The notes below the pieces were generated by a model, which saw only the letters and a program-made list of their open reading frames with translations, ran no database searches and had not been told where the DNA came from. A stretch of DNA of 63,893 nucleotides. Source: Polymorphobacter sp. (lineage in GTDB: Bacteria > Pseudomonadota > Alphaproteobacteria > Sphingomonadales > Sphingomonadaceae). Each line of letters opens with the position of its first letter. The first letter of the stretch is position 1. The stretch is taken from assembly GCA_031422995.1 (NCBI GenBank), contig JANPEP010000008.1, positions 1 to 63,893 of the forward strand, read 5' to 3'. Of the stretch, positions 1-10,067 are shown piece after piece. A program made the translations under genes and the position numbers.

Positions 1-32
1 CTTTTCGGACGCTGGTAAAGTCGAGCAAGCAT
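1..32 (-). CDS. 5' end of probable ETC complex I subunit (NDUFS4-like) protein, runs off window
   Basis: Minus strand ATG at 32 reads MLARLYQRPK, resembling the MxARIYxPxK N-terminus of this family; only 10 codons visible. Confidence 0.45.
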   Translation of the reverse strand, partial: MLARLYQRPK

Positions 33-96
33 GGCGCGTCCATCGCCCATCCCGGCCGGATGTTCAAGCACCGATGCCACCGCTACACTCTCTGCC

Positions 97-396
97 ATGC
101 TGCTCATCACCGGCACCATCCGCCTCCCCCCGGCCCGCCTCACCGCCGCCCGCCCTGCCATGCAGGCGATGATCGAGGCCAGCCGCGCCGAACCCGGCTG
201 CCTCGAATACAGCTATGCCGAAGACGTGCTGGTCCCCGGCCTCATGCACATCAACGAACTCTGGGACAGCCGCGCCCATTTGCAGGCGCATTTCCGCAGC
301 AACCACATCGCCGCCTGGCGCGCGCATTGGGCAGACCTTGAAATCACCGGTCGCAACCTGAAACTCTATGAAGTCGGCGACGCCGAACCGACCTAG
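97..396 (+). CDS. Antibiotic biosynthesis monooxygenase (ABM) family protein
   Basis: MLLITGTIRL...ASRAEPGCLEYSYAED...ELWDSRAHLQAHF; start moved to ATG 97. Confidence 0.85.
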   Translation: MLLITGTIRLPPARLTAARPAMQAMIEASRAEPGCLEYSYAEDVLVPGLMHINELWDSRAHLQAHFRSNHIAAWRAHWADLEITGRNLKLYEVGDAEPT

Positions 397-1406
397 TAAG
401 CCCGCGCAATCGCAAACTCGACCGTCTCGGTCAGCGCAATCCGCGCCGGGCCATTGGGGAACCCCGCCAGCGCATCGATGGCCCGCGCGCCATAATGCCG
501 GGCCCGCGCCATCGTGTCGTCCACCGCGTGGGTCGCCCGCAACAACACGCTGGCCCGCGCCAATTCCGCATCCCCCGCCGCCCGGCCGCTCATCGCCGCC
601 CGCCAGAATTCGCGCTCGTCCTCGCTGCCGCGCGCATAGGCCAAAATCACCGGCAGCGTGATTTTCCCGTCGCGGAAATCGTCGCCGGCATCCTTGCCCA
701 TCGTATCGGCGTCCGACACATAATCGATGGCATCGTCCACCAGCTGAAATGCGATCCCCAAGTTGCGGCCATAGGCTTCCAGCGCTGCCTCCACCGCTGC
801 ATCGCGCTCCGCCACGATCGCTGCAATCTGGCACGCCGCCGAAAACAGCGCCGCGGTCTTGGCGGTGATAATCTCCAGATACCGGTCTTCGCTGGTCTCG
901 ACATCGCGTTGTGCCGTCAATTGCGCCACCTCGCCCTCCGCGATGATTGCCGAGGCATGGCTGAGGATTTTCAGTACCTTGAGCGAGCCATCCTCGACCA
1001 TCAGCTCGAATGAGCGGCTGAACAGGAAATCCCCCACCAGCACGCTTGCGGGGTTGCCCCACAGCCGGTTCGCGGTCGCCTTGCCGCGTCGCAACCCCGA
1101 AGCATCGACGACATCGTCATGCAGCAAGGTCGCGGTGTGGATGAACTCCACTGCCGCTGCCAATTTGTGGTGCCGGGTCCCGGCATATTCAAGCAGCGCC
1201 GCACAACCCAGCGTCAACATCGGGCGCAGCCGCTTGCCGCCGCCGGCAATCAAATGCCCCGCCAATTCCGGGATCAACGCCACCGGGGACTGCATCCGGT
1301 CGATGATGACATGATTGACCTGAGTCAGCCCCGGCGCCGTCAACGCCACCAGCCCGGCGATGGATGGCTGGGCACGCTTGCGCAAGGGATGGACATTTGC
1401 TGACAC
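393..1406 (-). CDS. ispB: Polyprenyl diphosphate synthase
   Basis: GGKRLRP, LLHDDVVD, FQLVDDAID motifs; GTG start at 1406 with AAGGA upstream. Confidence 0.93.
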   Translation of the reverse strand: MSANVHPLRKRAQPSIAGLVALTAPGLTQVNHVIIDRMQSPVALIPELAGHLIAGGGKRLRPMLTLGCAALLEYAGTRHHKLAAAVEFIHTATLLHDDVVDASGLRRGKATANRLWGNPASVLVGDFLFSRSFELMVEDGSLKVLKILSHASAIIAEGEVAQLTAQRDVETSEDRYLEIITAKTAALFSAACQIAAIVAERDAAVEAALEAYGRNLGIAFQLVDDAIDYVSDADTMGKDAGDDFRDGKITLPVILAYARGSEDEREFWRAAMSGRAAGDAELARASVLLRATHAVDDTMARARHYGARAIDALAGFPNGPARIALTETVEFAIARAY

Positions 1407-1507
1407 AAACACTGTCCTTACCCGCTGCGCCTGCCTGCGCAAGCCCGCACCTTGCCACCGCGCGAATCCGCCGCAAAGGTGGCCGCAGCAACCAGGGGAC
1501 TGCATCC

Positions 1508-1789
1508 GTGCCAGACGAGACACTCAACGGCTATCGCGACAGCATCGACAATATCGACGCGGCGCTGGTCTTTCTGCTCGCCGAACGCTTCAAGGTGACC
1601 CAAGCCGTCGGCCGCTACAAGGCCATAGCCGGGCTGCCCGCCGCCGATCCGGGCCGCGAGGCCGACCAGGTCGCCCGCCTGCGCGCGCTGGCCGCCACTG
1701 CCAAGCTCGATCCGGAATTCAGCGAAAAATTCCTGCGCTTCATCATCAATGAAGTGATTCGCCACCATCAGGTTGCGGCGTCGGGTTGA
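1508..1789 (+). CDS. Chorismate mutase (AroQ type)
   Basis: YRDSIDNIDAALVFLLAERFKVT...DPGRE; GTG 1508 after GGGGA. Confidence 0.9.
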   Translation: MPDETLNGYRDSIDNIDAALVFLLAERFKVTQAVGRYKAIAGLPAADPGREADQVARLRALAATAKLDPEFSEKFLRFIINEVIRHHQVAASG

Positions 1790-1824
1790 TGGGCGCGGTG
1801 CCAGCCCGCGCCCATCAAAAACCC

Positions 1825-3261
1825 CTACCCCTCCAGCGCCGGCAAGGTCAGCCGCACCAGCAGCCCGCCCAGGTCCTCCGAAGCCTCCAGCGCCACCGAG
1901 CCGCCATAAATCTCCGCCACTTCGCGCGCGATCGCCAGACCAAGGCCTGTCCCCGGCTTGTCGGTGTCCAACCGCTCGCCGCGCGCAAACAGCCGTGCCC
2001 GCGCCCGCGCCGGAATCCCCGGGCCGTCGTCTTCAATGGCAATCTCCACCGTCGCCGGCCCGCCGCCCACCGTCACGAACACCCGGCCACCGCCATGCAG
2101 CGCGGCATTGTCGATCAGATTGCCCAGCATTTCATCCAGGTCCTGGCGTTCACCGCGGAAAATCCGCGTCTTGTCGCCGGCAATGTCGATCGTCACTTCG
2201 CGGCTGCCGTGAATGCGCGCCACCGTCCGGGTAATCGCTTCGATGGATGTCCAAACATCGGTCCGCGACGTCGATGCCCCGCGCCGCCCTGCCGCCCGCG
2301 CCCGCGCCAGTTGGTGGTCGACATGGCGCCGCATCACCTGCACCTGGGCCACTACCGTCTGCGCCAACGGGTCGGTACGTCCTTCGGCCTCGCCGATCAA
2401 CACGCTCATCGGCGTCTTCAAGGCGTGCGCCAGATTGCCGGCGTGGCGCCGCGCCGCCTCCGCCTGTTGCTCATTATGTTCCAGCAATTCGTTGATTTCG
2501 CCCACCAGCGGCGCAATTTCCTGCGGAAAATCCTGCCCCACCCGCTTGGCCTCGCCTGATCGGATGGCGGCAATCGCCCGGCTCACCCGCGCCAGCGGCG
2601 ACAGGCCGTAAATCGTCTGCAACGCCGACAGCGCCAGCAACGACACGCCCAGCCCGCCCAGCGACCAGAACAGGATTACCCGCACTGTCCGCACCTGCTG
2701 GTCCAGATCACGCGGCGATTGCGCCACCTGAAAGAAAAACACCGTCGGCGATCCCGGCAACCGCACATCGCGCCCCACCACGCGCAACGGTTCGCCGGCA
2801 AAACGGTCGGTGGCATATCGGCACGGCTCGCGGCATTCCGCCTGCGGCGCCGGCCCCAGCACCCGATCCCACAGCGATCGCGACCGAAACGGCTCCTGCC
2901 CCGCTGCCGACACCTGCCAATACAGCCCCGAATAAGGTTCGAAAAACCGCTGGTCGCCCAGGGGTCGCAAAAACCGCACTTCGCCGATTTCGTCCAGATC
3001 GGCGGCACTGACCATCGCCGTCAGCGCGAAATCCAGCTGGCCATCAAAATTGCGCGTGATCGCGCCCACCACCACCCGGTCCAGCGCATATCCGCCCAAC
3101 GTCAGCAGCGGGATGATCCAGAACGCCGCCAGCGCAATCATCCGCAGCCGCAACGACCCCGTCAGCGATGCCGACAACCACCGACGCCGCCCGCGCGATT
3201 CCAGCGCCGGCACGTCCGGCACCAAAATCGCCTCAGGCGGTTTCGTTGAGACTGTAGCCAA
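1825..3261 (-). CDS. Sensor histidine kinase (FeuQ/PhoQ-like)
   Basis: Two TM segments, H-box LAHALKTP, GNLIDNA, DDGPG, GTGLGLAI; exact start uncertain. Confidence 0.92.
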   Translation of the reverse strand: MATVSTKPPEAILVPDVPALESRGRRRWLSASLTGSLRLRMIALAAFWIIPLLTLGGYALDRVVVGAITRNFDGQLDFALTAMVSAADLDEIGEVRFLRPLGDQRFFEPYSGLYWQVSAAGQEPFRSRSLWDRVLGPAPQAECREPCRYATDRFAGEPLRVVGRDVRLPGSPTVFFFQVAQSPRDLDQQVRTVRVILFWSLGGLGVSLLALSALQTIYGLSPLARVSRAIAAIRSGEAKRVGQDFPQEIAPLVGEINELLEHNEQQAEAARRHAGNLAHALKTPMSVLIGEAEGRTDPLAQTVVAQVQVMRRHVDHQLARARAAGRRGASTSRTDVWTSIEAITRTVARIHGSREVTIDIAGDKTRIFRGERQDLDEMLGNLIDNAALHGGGRVFVTVGGGPATVEIAIEDDGPGIPARARARLFARGERLDTDKPGTGLGLAIAREVAEIYGGSVALEASEDLGGLLVRLTLPALEG

Positions 3262-3895
3262 GGCCGCGTGTCGTACTGATCAGGTCAGGGCCCAGCTTCT
3301 TGCGGATGCGGGTGATGAACACCTCGATGGTGTTCGAATCGCGGTCGAAATCCTGGTCATAGATATGTTCGATCAACTCGGTCCGGCTCACCACCTTGCC
3401 CTTGTGGTGCATCAGGTAGCTCAACAGCTTGAATTCCTGCGCCGTCAGTTTCACGGGCTCGCCATCCAGCGTCACCCGGCCAGATCGCGAATCGAGCCGC
3501 ACGCCGCCGGCCGTCAATTCCGATGTCGCCTGCCCAGCCGCACGGCGGATCAGCGCCCGCAACCGCGCAATCAACTCCTCGGTCTGGAACGGCTTGGCCA
3601 GATAATCGTCGGCGCCGGCATCAAGCCCGGCGACCTTGTCGGACCAGCTGTCACGCGCCGTCAGGACCAGCACCGGCATCACCTTGCCATCCTTGCGCCA
3701 GCGGTCGAGCACCGTCAGCCCGTCAAGCTCGGGCAACCCCAGGTCCAGTACCACGGCATCGTAATTTTCGGTGGTACCGAGATAATGGCCATCCTCGCCG
3801 TCACTCGCCACGTCGACAGCATAGCCAGCACCTTCAAGCGCCGATTTCAATTGGCGAAGAAGGTTCGGCTCGTCCTCGACAACCAGAACGCGCAT
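3233..3895 (-). CDS. OmpR-family response regulator (FeuP/PhoP-like)
   Basis: MRVLVVEDE, LDLGLP, GADDYLAKPF, winged-helix RGLGY. Confidence 0.95.
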   Translation of the reverse strand: MRVLVVEDEPNLLRQLKSALEGAGYAVDVASDGEDGHYLGTTENYDAVVLDLGLPELDGLTVLDRWRKDGKVMPVLVLTARDSWSDKVAGLDAGADDYLAKPFQTEELIARLRALIRRAAGQATSELTAGGVRLDSRSGRVTLDGEPVKLTAQEFKLLSYLMHHKGKVVSRTELIEHIYDQDFDRDSNTIEVFITRIRKKLGPDLISTTRGLGYSLNETA

Positions 3896-3903
3896 GTTTT
3901 CCC

Positions 3904-4200
3904 TTAATAGCTGTTGGTCCGGCGAGCTCTCTGCCCGGTCCGCGCATCAACGTCGACATTTATGACATTGCCGTTGACCAGGAATCGGAACCGATAGACC
4001 CGTGTGGCCAGATCGATATCCGCCCCCATATAGTCTCCCCGGGTCTGTGATACCACCCGGCTGCGAATGGTTTCAAACGGCATGATCTCGCCTGCCTGCA
4101 CCAGGCGGTGCACTTCGTCCTCGACTCCCGCCACCGCCGGCGAAACCAGCAAGGCCAGCGCGGCCACGCCAAACAGGAGAGAAGAAAATCGCTTGCGCAT
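3904..4200 (-). CDS. Small exported PepSY-like protein, first gene of the two-component operon
   Basis: Signal peptide, VQAGEIMPF, VDVDARTG. Confidence 0.75.
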   Translation of the reverse strand: MRKRFSSLLFGVAALALLVSPAVAGVEDEVHRLVQAGEIMPFETIRSRVVSQTRGDYMGADIDLATRVYRFRFLVNGNVINVDVDARTGQRARRTNSY

Positions 4201-4247
4201 CTTTTTACACGAAAACCCTTACAGCAAACCGCCATGGCCCCAAGGCG

Positions 4248-4264
4248 CTGAATAGGTCATGAAT
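4248..4264 (-). promoter_or_regulatory. Direct repeat ATTCAT-N5-ATTCAG, candidate OmpR-family autoregulatory site
   Basis: ctgaat aggtc atgaat with 11-bp period, ~50 bp upstream of the PepSY-RR-HK operon. Confidence 0.4.
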
Positions 4265-4416
4265 GTCATGCCCCGTGCCAATTGAATCGACTGGCGAACA
4301 AAATCAAGCGCTGTTTGACTCCAAAGGCGTACACTTTTCGATTCCTGTTGCGTGTGTGTCCGAACCAAGCCACTTGGCGCTGCACCGCACAAAATTTGAA
4401 GCCCGATACCCGACCC

Positions 4417-6225
4417 ATGCCCGAACCCATCCTCACCCTCGAAAACGCCGGCCTGCGCCAGGGCGGCAGCTGGCTGTTCCGCGGCCTCGATCTCACCATC
4501 GATGCCCGCGATCGCCTTGCGCTCATCGGCCGCAACGGCGTCGGCAAGACCACGCTGCTCAAACTCATCGCTGGTGAAATCGAGCTCGACGAAGGCCGCC
4601 GGGCGGTGTCGGCCGCGCTGAAAATCGTTCGCCTCGATCAGGACCCAAATCTAGCCGGCTTTGTCACGCTGGGGGATTATGCCCGCGCCGGCCACAACGC
4701 CCCCGCCGATCATATGCTCGATTCGGTCGCCAGCCGCCTGGGTGCCGATCTGGACCGCGATGCCGCCACGGCATCGGGTGGTGAGCGCCGCCGCGCCGCC
4801 CTCGTCCGCGCGCTCGCCGAGCAACCGGGGCTGTTGTTGCTCGACGAGCCAACCAACCACCTTGATATCGCCGCCATCGAATGGCTCGAAAACTGGCTCG
4901 ATCGCTTCAACGGCGGCATGCTCGCCATCAGCCATGATCGCACCTTCCTCACCCGGCTGACCAAAAACTGCCTGTGGCTTGATCGTGGCACGCTGCGCCG
5001 AGCCGAAGTCGGCTTTGGCGGCTTTGAAGAATGGTCGGATCGTGTCGCCGCCGAGGAAGCCAAAAACGCCTCCAAACTCGATACCAAACTGCGCGCCGAA
5101 GAACATTGGCTGCTGCGCGGTGTCACCGCCCGCCGCAGCCGCAACGAAGGCCGGCTGTCAAAACTCATCGAACTGCGCGCCACCCGCAAGGCAATGACCA
5201 CCGGGGACGCGGTCGCAAAAATCGCCACCACCGCCGACGATGGCAAGACCAAGGTGCTCATCGACGCCCTGCATATCGGCAAGAATTTCGGCGCTCGTCC
5301 CATCCTTTCGGATTTCTCGCTGCGCGTCCGACGCGGTGATCGCATCGGCATCATCGGGCCCAATGGCGCCGGCAAATCCACCTTGATAAAACTGCTGCTC
5401 GGCCAATTGGAACCCGACAGCGGCCAGATAAAGCGCGCCAAATCGCTCAACCCCACCGTCATCGACCAGCGCCGGCAGCGCCTCGACGCCGAAAATGGCG
5501 TCGGAAAAACCGTCCGCGACGTGCTCGCCGATGGCGGTGAATGGCTCGAAGTCGGCGGTGTACGCAAACACGTCGCCGGCTATCTCAAGGAATTCCTGTT
5601 CGATCCCAGCGTCATCGACGCCCCGGTCGATGGCTTTTCCGGCGGCGAACGCTCGCGGCTGCTGCTCGCCCGCGAATTCGCCACCCCGTCGAATTTGCTC
5701 GTCCTCGATGAACCGACCAACGACCTCGACATGGAAACCCTCGATCTGCTCGAGGAAGTCCTCGACGATTACGCCGGCACCGTGCTCATTGTCAGCCACG
5801 ATCGCGCCTTTCTGGATCGCGTCGTCACCATGGTCGTCGCGCTGGATGGCGAAGGCCATGCCGAAACCATTGTGGGCGGCTGGTCCGATTGGGCCGCCTT
5901 CAACAAGGAACGGCTCAGCGCGGCGCGCAAGGCCGGAAAAAACAGCGGCGCCAAGATCGCCACGTTTGAATCGGCCAAATCCAAGGCCGCCAAGCTCAGC
6001 TACAAGGACGCCCGCGAACTCGCCGAACTCCCCGCCAAAATCGAATCCTTCGCCGCCGCCATCGCCCGCCACGAGGCGGTGCTGGCCGACCCGGCGCTCT
6101 ACACCCGCGACCCCAAACGCTTCGCCAACATCATGGCGGAACTCGATCGAGTCCGCCACGACCTCGGCATCGCCGAAGCCCGCTGGCTGAGTCTGGCGGA
6201 ACTGGAAGCCGCGCTGACTTCTTGA
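4417..6225 (+). CDS. uup: ABC-F family ATPase (Uup-like)
   Basis: Two NBDs (GRNGVGKT, GPNGAGKS, SGGE, LDEPTN), no TMs, KLSYKD..ELAELP C-terminal domain. Confidence 0.88.
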   Translation: MPEPILTLENAGLRQGGSWLFRGLDLTIDARDRLALIGRNGVGKTTLLKLIAGEIELDEGRRAVSAALKIVRLDQDPNLAGFVTLGDYARAGHNAPADHMLDSVASRLGADLDRDAATASGGERRRAALVRALAEQPGLLLLDEPTNHLDIAAIEWLENWLDRFNGGMLAISHDRTFLTRLTKNCLWLDRGTLRRAEVGFGGFEEWSDRVAAEEAKNASKLDTKLRAEEHWLLRGVTARRSRNEGRLSKLIELRATRKAMTTGDAVAKIATTADDGKTKVLIDALHIGKNFGARPILSDFSLRVRRGDRIGIIGPNGAGKSTLIKLLLGQLEPDSGQIKRAKSLNPTVIDQRRQRLDAENGVGKTVRDVLADGGEWLEVGGVRKHVAGYLKEFLFDPSVIDAPVDGFSGGERSRLLLAREFATPSNLLVLDEPTNDLDMETLDLLEEVLDDYAGTVLIVSHDRAFLDRVVTMVVALDGEGHAETIVGGWSDWAAFNKERLSAARKAGKNSGAKIATFESAKSKAAKLSYKDARELAELPAKIESFAAAIARHEAVLADPALYTRDPKRFANIMAELDRVRHDLGIAEARWLSLAELEAALTS

Positions 6226-6228
6226 CAC

Positions 6229-6648
6229 TCACTCAGGAGCACGTGTTCCAATATCCTGAGCGAAACGCAGCAGATAACCGTCAGGGTCCTGGACAAGAAA
6301 CTCGCGCTGCCCCCGCTCTATCGCATCGGCGCGATACCAGCTTTCCGCAACATCGCGAAAAAGCCCGACACCCGCAGCAACGATCCTAGCACGCAGGGCC
6401 AATACATCGGCAACTTCGATTTGCAGGTTGATGCCTCTGCCGTAAGGTCGTTGGCGCTCGCCAGTCGACCAGCAACCGGCTTCTGTCTCGATCATCAACT
6501 GCGCCGGGCCAAGGTCGAGATAGGCGAAACCCGGACGCGAATAGCGCACGGAAAATCCGACCACATCAATGTAAAAAGTCAGGCTTGCGGCAAAGTCCGA
6601 ACAGGCGAGTTCCGGAACCACCGCTGCCCATCGCCGATCATTCGCCAT
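6229..6648 (-). CDS. VOC/glyoxalase/bleomycin-resistance family protein
   Basis: VPEL..DFAASLTFY, PYGRGINLQIEV, EFLVQDPDGYLLRF. Confidence 0.88.
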   Translation of the reverse strand: MANDRRWAAVVPELACSDFAASLTFYIDVVGFSVRYSRPGFAYLDLGPAQLMIETEAGCWSTGERQRPYGRGINLQIEVADVLALRARIVAAGVGLFRDVAESWYRADAIERGQREFLVQDPDGYLLRFAQDIGTRAPE

Positions 6649-6669
6649 GACCGACCCCTTGCCTTGGCG

Positions 6670-7974
6670 TCAAGCCAGCTCAACGCCCTTCACCACATCA
6701 AGCTCCACATGCGCCGCCACCACCACCAGCTTGGGCAACGCCGTCAACTTCGCCGGATCATGCTTGCGGATGAACTGCTCCACCACCGGCGCCACCTTGT
6801 CGCGCCATTTGCTGCCGTTGAAGATGCCGTAATGCCCGGCGCCCTCGGCCATGTAATAAGCCTTCTTGCTCTCATCCAGGCCGGTGGCCAGGTCGAGCGC
6901 CGCTTTGGTCTGTCCCAGGCCCGAAATATCGTCCTTCTCGCCTTCGATCGCCAGCAACGCCGTCTTGTTGATCGACGCCGGATTGACCAGCTGGCCGCGA
7001 TGCACAAACTCGCCCTTGGCAATCGCCTGGCGCTGGAACACCACATCGATCGTCTGCAAATAAAATTCCGCCGTCATGTCGCAAACCGAGCGATATTCCT
7101 CGTAAAATGCCTTCGTGGCTGCGGCCGAATCCTCATCGCCCTCAACCAGGTGCTTGAACAATTCCCAATGCGATTTCATATGGTTGGCAAGGTTCATCGA
7201 CATGAAACCGGCCAGTTGCAAAAACCCCGGATACACTTTGCGGCCGGCTCCCGGATACATCCCCGGCACCTTGGCAATCACATTCTGCTCAAACCACGCA
7301 TAGGGCCGCTCGGTCGCCAGATCGTCCACCGATGTCGGTGCCTTGCGTGTGTCCACCGGTCCGCCCATCATGGTCAGCGTCAGCGGCGTCGCCGGGTCGT
7401 TGTTGGCCGACATATAGGCTACCGCCGCATACACCGGAACCGCCGGCTGGCACACCGCCAGAATATGGCTGCCCGGGCCCAATTCACCCATGAATTCAAT
7501 CACATAATCAATGTAATCGTTCAAGTCGAACTTGCCGTCCGATGTCGGCACCAGCTTGGCATCGCGCCAATCGGTGATGTACACCTCATGGTCGGGCAAC
7601 AACCGCTCCACGGTGCCACGCAGCAGCGTGCCATAATGCCCGGACATCGGCGTAACCACCAACACCCGCGGGTCCTTGCGCCCCGAAACCGCGCGGTTGA
7701 AATGCTTCAACTGCCCGAATGGCTTGCGCGCCAAAATCTCCTCGCTCACCGCAACGCTCACCCCATCGACGATGGTCGTGTCCAGCCCGAAATCCGGCTT
7801 CCCCCGCGGCGCCGATGCATGGGCAAACACTTCCAGTCCGCGTGCAATGATCGGGCTCGACGCGATATAGGACATCGGGTTCGCCGGGCTGAGCAGCCAT
7901 TCCGACGTCTGCTGCGCCATCGTCCCCATGCCCGCCAACCAGGCACGCTGCATTTCATGCGCCGTATAAAGCAT
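6670..7974 (-). CDS. phaZ: Intracellular polyhydroxyalkanoate depolymerase
   Basis: PMSGHYGTLLRGTV, AVCQP catalytic Cys, EGEKDDISG, GHYGIFNGSKW. Confidence 0.93.
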   Translation of the reverse strand: MLYTAHEMQRAWLAGMGTMAQQTSEWLLSPANPMSYIASSPIIARGLEVFAHASAPRGKPDFGLDTTIVDGVSVAVSEEILARKPFGQLKHFNRAVSGRKDPRVLVVTPMSGHYGTLLRGTVERLLPDHEVYITDWRDAKLVPTSDGKFDLNDYIDYVIEFMGELGPGSHILAVCQPAVPVYAAVAYMSANNDPATPLTLTMMGGPVDTRKAPTSVDDLATERPYAWFEQNVIAKVPGMYPGAGRKVYPGFLQLAGFMSMNLANHMKSHWELFKHLVEGDEDSAAATKAFYEEYRSVCDMTAEFYLQTIDVVFQRQAIAKGEFVHRGQLVNPASINKTALLAIEGEKDDISGLGQTKAALDLATGLDESKKAYYMAEGAGHYGIFNGSKWRDKVAPVVEQFIRKHDPAKLTALPKLVVVAAHVELDVVKGVELA

Positions 7975-8143
7975 CAAAAATCCTCAAACCCCGGCTGGCC
8001 CCCGGCCAAGCCTTTCGCAACCGCAGCATAGACATCATAAACGGCCCGGTCACTATCGTTTGTGATGAACCCGTGACACCAACACCCACTCGCCGGCGCC
8101 CTGCGGTCATTGAGCCACACTCAAACCCCTGCTATCAGGCGCC

Positions 8144-9970
8144 ATGTCCGCACCCCAGCCAGTCCCCGATGTCGCAATTGTCGCACCCACCGCGCCGGAA
8201 GCCGCAGAGCCGCGCAAACTGTCCCGCCTCGTCCTGCTCTGGCGCTTCGCCCGCGCTTATCCCACACAGCTCGCCGCCGCGCTCACCGCGCTGGTCATCG
8301 CCGCACTTGCCACCCTTGCCATCCCGCAAGGCCTCAAACTCATCGTCGACAACGGCTTTGCCAAGGGCTCGGACCCCGCCGCCATTGCCCCCTATTTCTG
8401 GGCCATGCTCGGCATCGTCATCGTCATGGGCGTCGCCACGGCGTTCCGTTTCTATTACGTCTCCTGGATTGGGGAACGCGTCGTCGCCGATCTGCGCAAG
8501 ACCGTGCAATCCCACCTCCTCACCCTCGATCCGGTGTTTTTCGAAGAAAACCGCCCTGCCGAAATCGCCTCGCGCCTCACCGCCGATACCGCCATCATCG
8601 AGCAGGTCGTCTCGTCAGGCGCCTCGATGGCGCTGCGCAATCTGGTCATGGGCCTTGGCGGCATCGCCTATATGGCGCTCCAAAGCCCAAAGCTCACGGT
8701 GATGATGCTGCTCGTCATCCCCATCACCATCCTGCCCATCGTCTTCCTTGGCCGCCGCGTCCGCGCCATGTCGAAAACCAGCCAGGATCGCATCGCCGGC
8801 GTCGGCACCATGGTCGCCGAAGTCCTTGGCGCCATCAAGATCGTCCAGGCCTTCACCCAGGAACGCCGCGAAGCCGCCCGCTTCGGCGATGCCGTCGAAG
8901 CCGCTTTTGAAACCGCCAAGAAACGCATCCGGCTGCGCGCCGGTATGACCGCCGTCGTCATCGCGCTCATTTTCGGCGCCATCACCTTGGTCCTGTGGCA
9001 GGGCGCCCTGGATGTCATCGCCGGCAATCTCACCGGCGGCACCATCGCCGCCTTTGTCTTTGCCGCCGCCATCGTTGCCGGCGCGTTCGGCACCCTCACC
9101 GAAGTCTATGGCGACTTCATGCGCGCCGCCGGCGCCAGCGCCCGCATGGAGGAGCTGCTCGCCGCCCGCCCCGGCATCCGCGCTCCTGAAAACGCCACGC
9201 CACTGCCCACGCCGGCCAGCGGCGCGCTCTGTCTCGATCGTGTCACCTTCCATTATCCATCAAAGCCCGAAGGCGCCGCGCTGATCGATTTCAGCCTCGA
9301 TATCGCCGCGGGCGAAACCGTCGCCGTCGTCGGGCCATCAGGCGCCGGCAAATCGACGCTGTTCCAACTTGTCCAACGCTTCTACGATCCGCAATCCGGC
9401 GAAATCCGCCTCGATGGCGTCCCCCTCACCCGCGCCGACCCCAATGCCATCCGCAGCCGCATCGCCGTCGTGCCCCAGGAAACCGTCGTCTTTGCCGCCA
9501 GCGCGCTTGAAAACATCCGCTATGGCCGCCCCACCGCCACCGAAGCCGAAGTCTGGGCCGCTGCCGAGGCCGCCCATGCCGATACCTTCCTCCGCCAACT
9601 CCCCGACGGCATAAACTCCTATCTCGGCGAAGCCGGCACAAGGCTATCGGGCGGTCAGCGCCAACGCCTCGCCATCGCCCGTGCCATCCTGCGCAATGCC
9701 CCCATCCTGCTGCTCGACGAAGCCACCAGCGCCCTCGACAGCGAAAGCGAACGCCTTGTCCAGCACGCATTGGAGGGCCTGATGCACGGCCGCACAACGC
9801 TGGTCATCGCCCACCGCCTCGCCACCGTCCGCAATGCCGATCGCATCATCGTCATGGACGCGGGCCGCATCGTTGCGGAAGGGACTCACGACAAACTCAT
9901 CGCCGGCGGCGGGCTTTATGCCAAACTCGCCCGCCTCCAGTTCGACGAAGCAAGGCCGCAGGTGGCCTGA
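8144..9970 (+). CDS. ABC transporter, fused permease/ATP-binding (MsbA-like exporter)
   Basis: TM domain plus GPSGAGKS, LSGGQRQR, LLDEATSALD. Confidence 0.93.
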   Translation: MSAPQPVPDVAIVAPTAPEAAEPRKLSRLVLLWRFARAYPTQLAAALTALVIAALATLAIPQGLKLIVDNGFAKGSDPAAIAPYFWAMLGIVIVMGVATAFRFYYVSWIGERVVADLRKTVQSHLLTLDPVFFEENRPAEIASRLTADTAIIEQVVSSGASMALRNLVMGLGGIAYMALQSPKLTVMMLLVIPITILPIVFLGRRVRAMSKTSQDRIAGVGTMVAEVLGAIKIVQAFTQERREAARFGDAVEAAFETAKKRIRLRAGMTAVVIALIFGAITLVLWQGALDVIAGNLTGGTIAAFVFAAAIVAGAFGTLTEVYGDFMRAAGASARMEELLAARPGIRAPENATPLPTPASGALCLDRVTFHYPSKPEGAALIDFSLDIAAGETVAVVGPSGAGKSTLFQLVQRFYDPQSGEIRLDGVPLTRADPNAIRSRIAVVPQETVVFAASALENIRYGRPTATEAEVWAAAEAAHADTFLRQLPDGINSYLGEAGTRLSGGQRQRLAIARAILRNAPILLLDEATSALDSESERLVQHALEGLMHGRTTLVIAHRLATVRNADRIIVMDAGRIVAEGTHDKLIAGGGLYAKLARLQFDEARPQVA

Positions 9971-9974
9971 CTTC

Positions 9975-10030
9975 ACCTCTCCCCTCGCGGCAGAGGTCTA
10001 GTGACGCCGAAGGCGGCCCGGGTGAGGGGG
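9975..10030. repeat. REP/RIME-like intergenic hairpin element (family A)
   Basis: acctct...agaggt hairpin, cgcc-gaa-ggcg hairpin, gggtgagggg tail. Confidence 0.65.
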
Positions 10031-10067
10031 TCGAGGAACAACCACCGCCGCCAAAGGACCACCCCAC

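Noticed and set aside
6421-8031. 536-aa plus-strand ORF and similar long Arg/Pro-rich ORFs (e.g. 43805-45406)
   Set aside because: Overlap well-supported genes on the other strand; composition typical of non-coding frames
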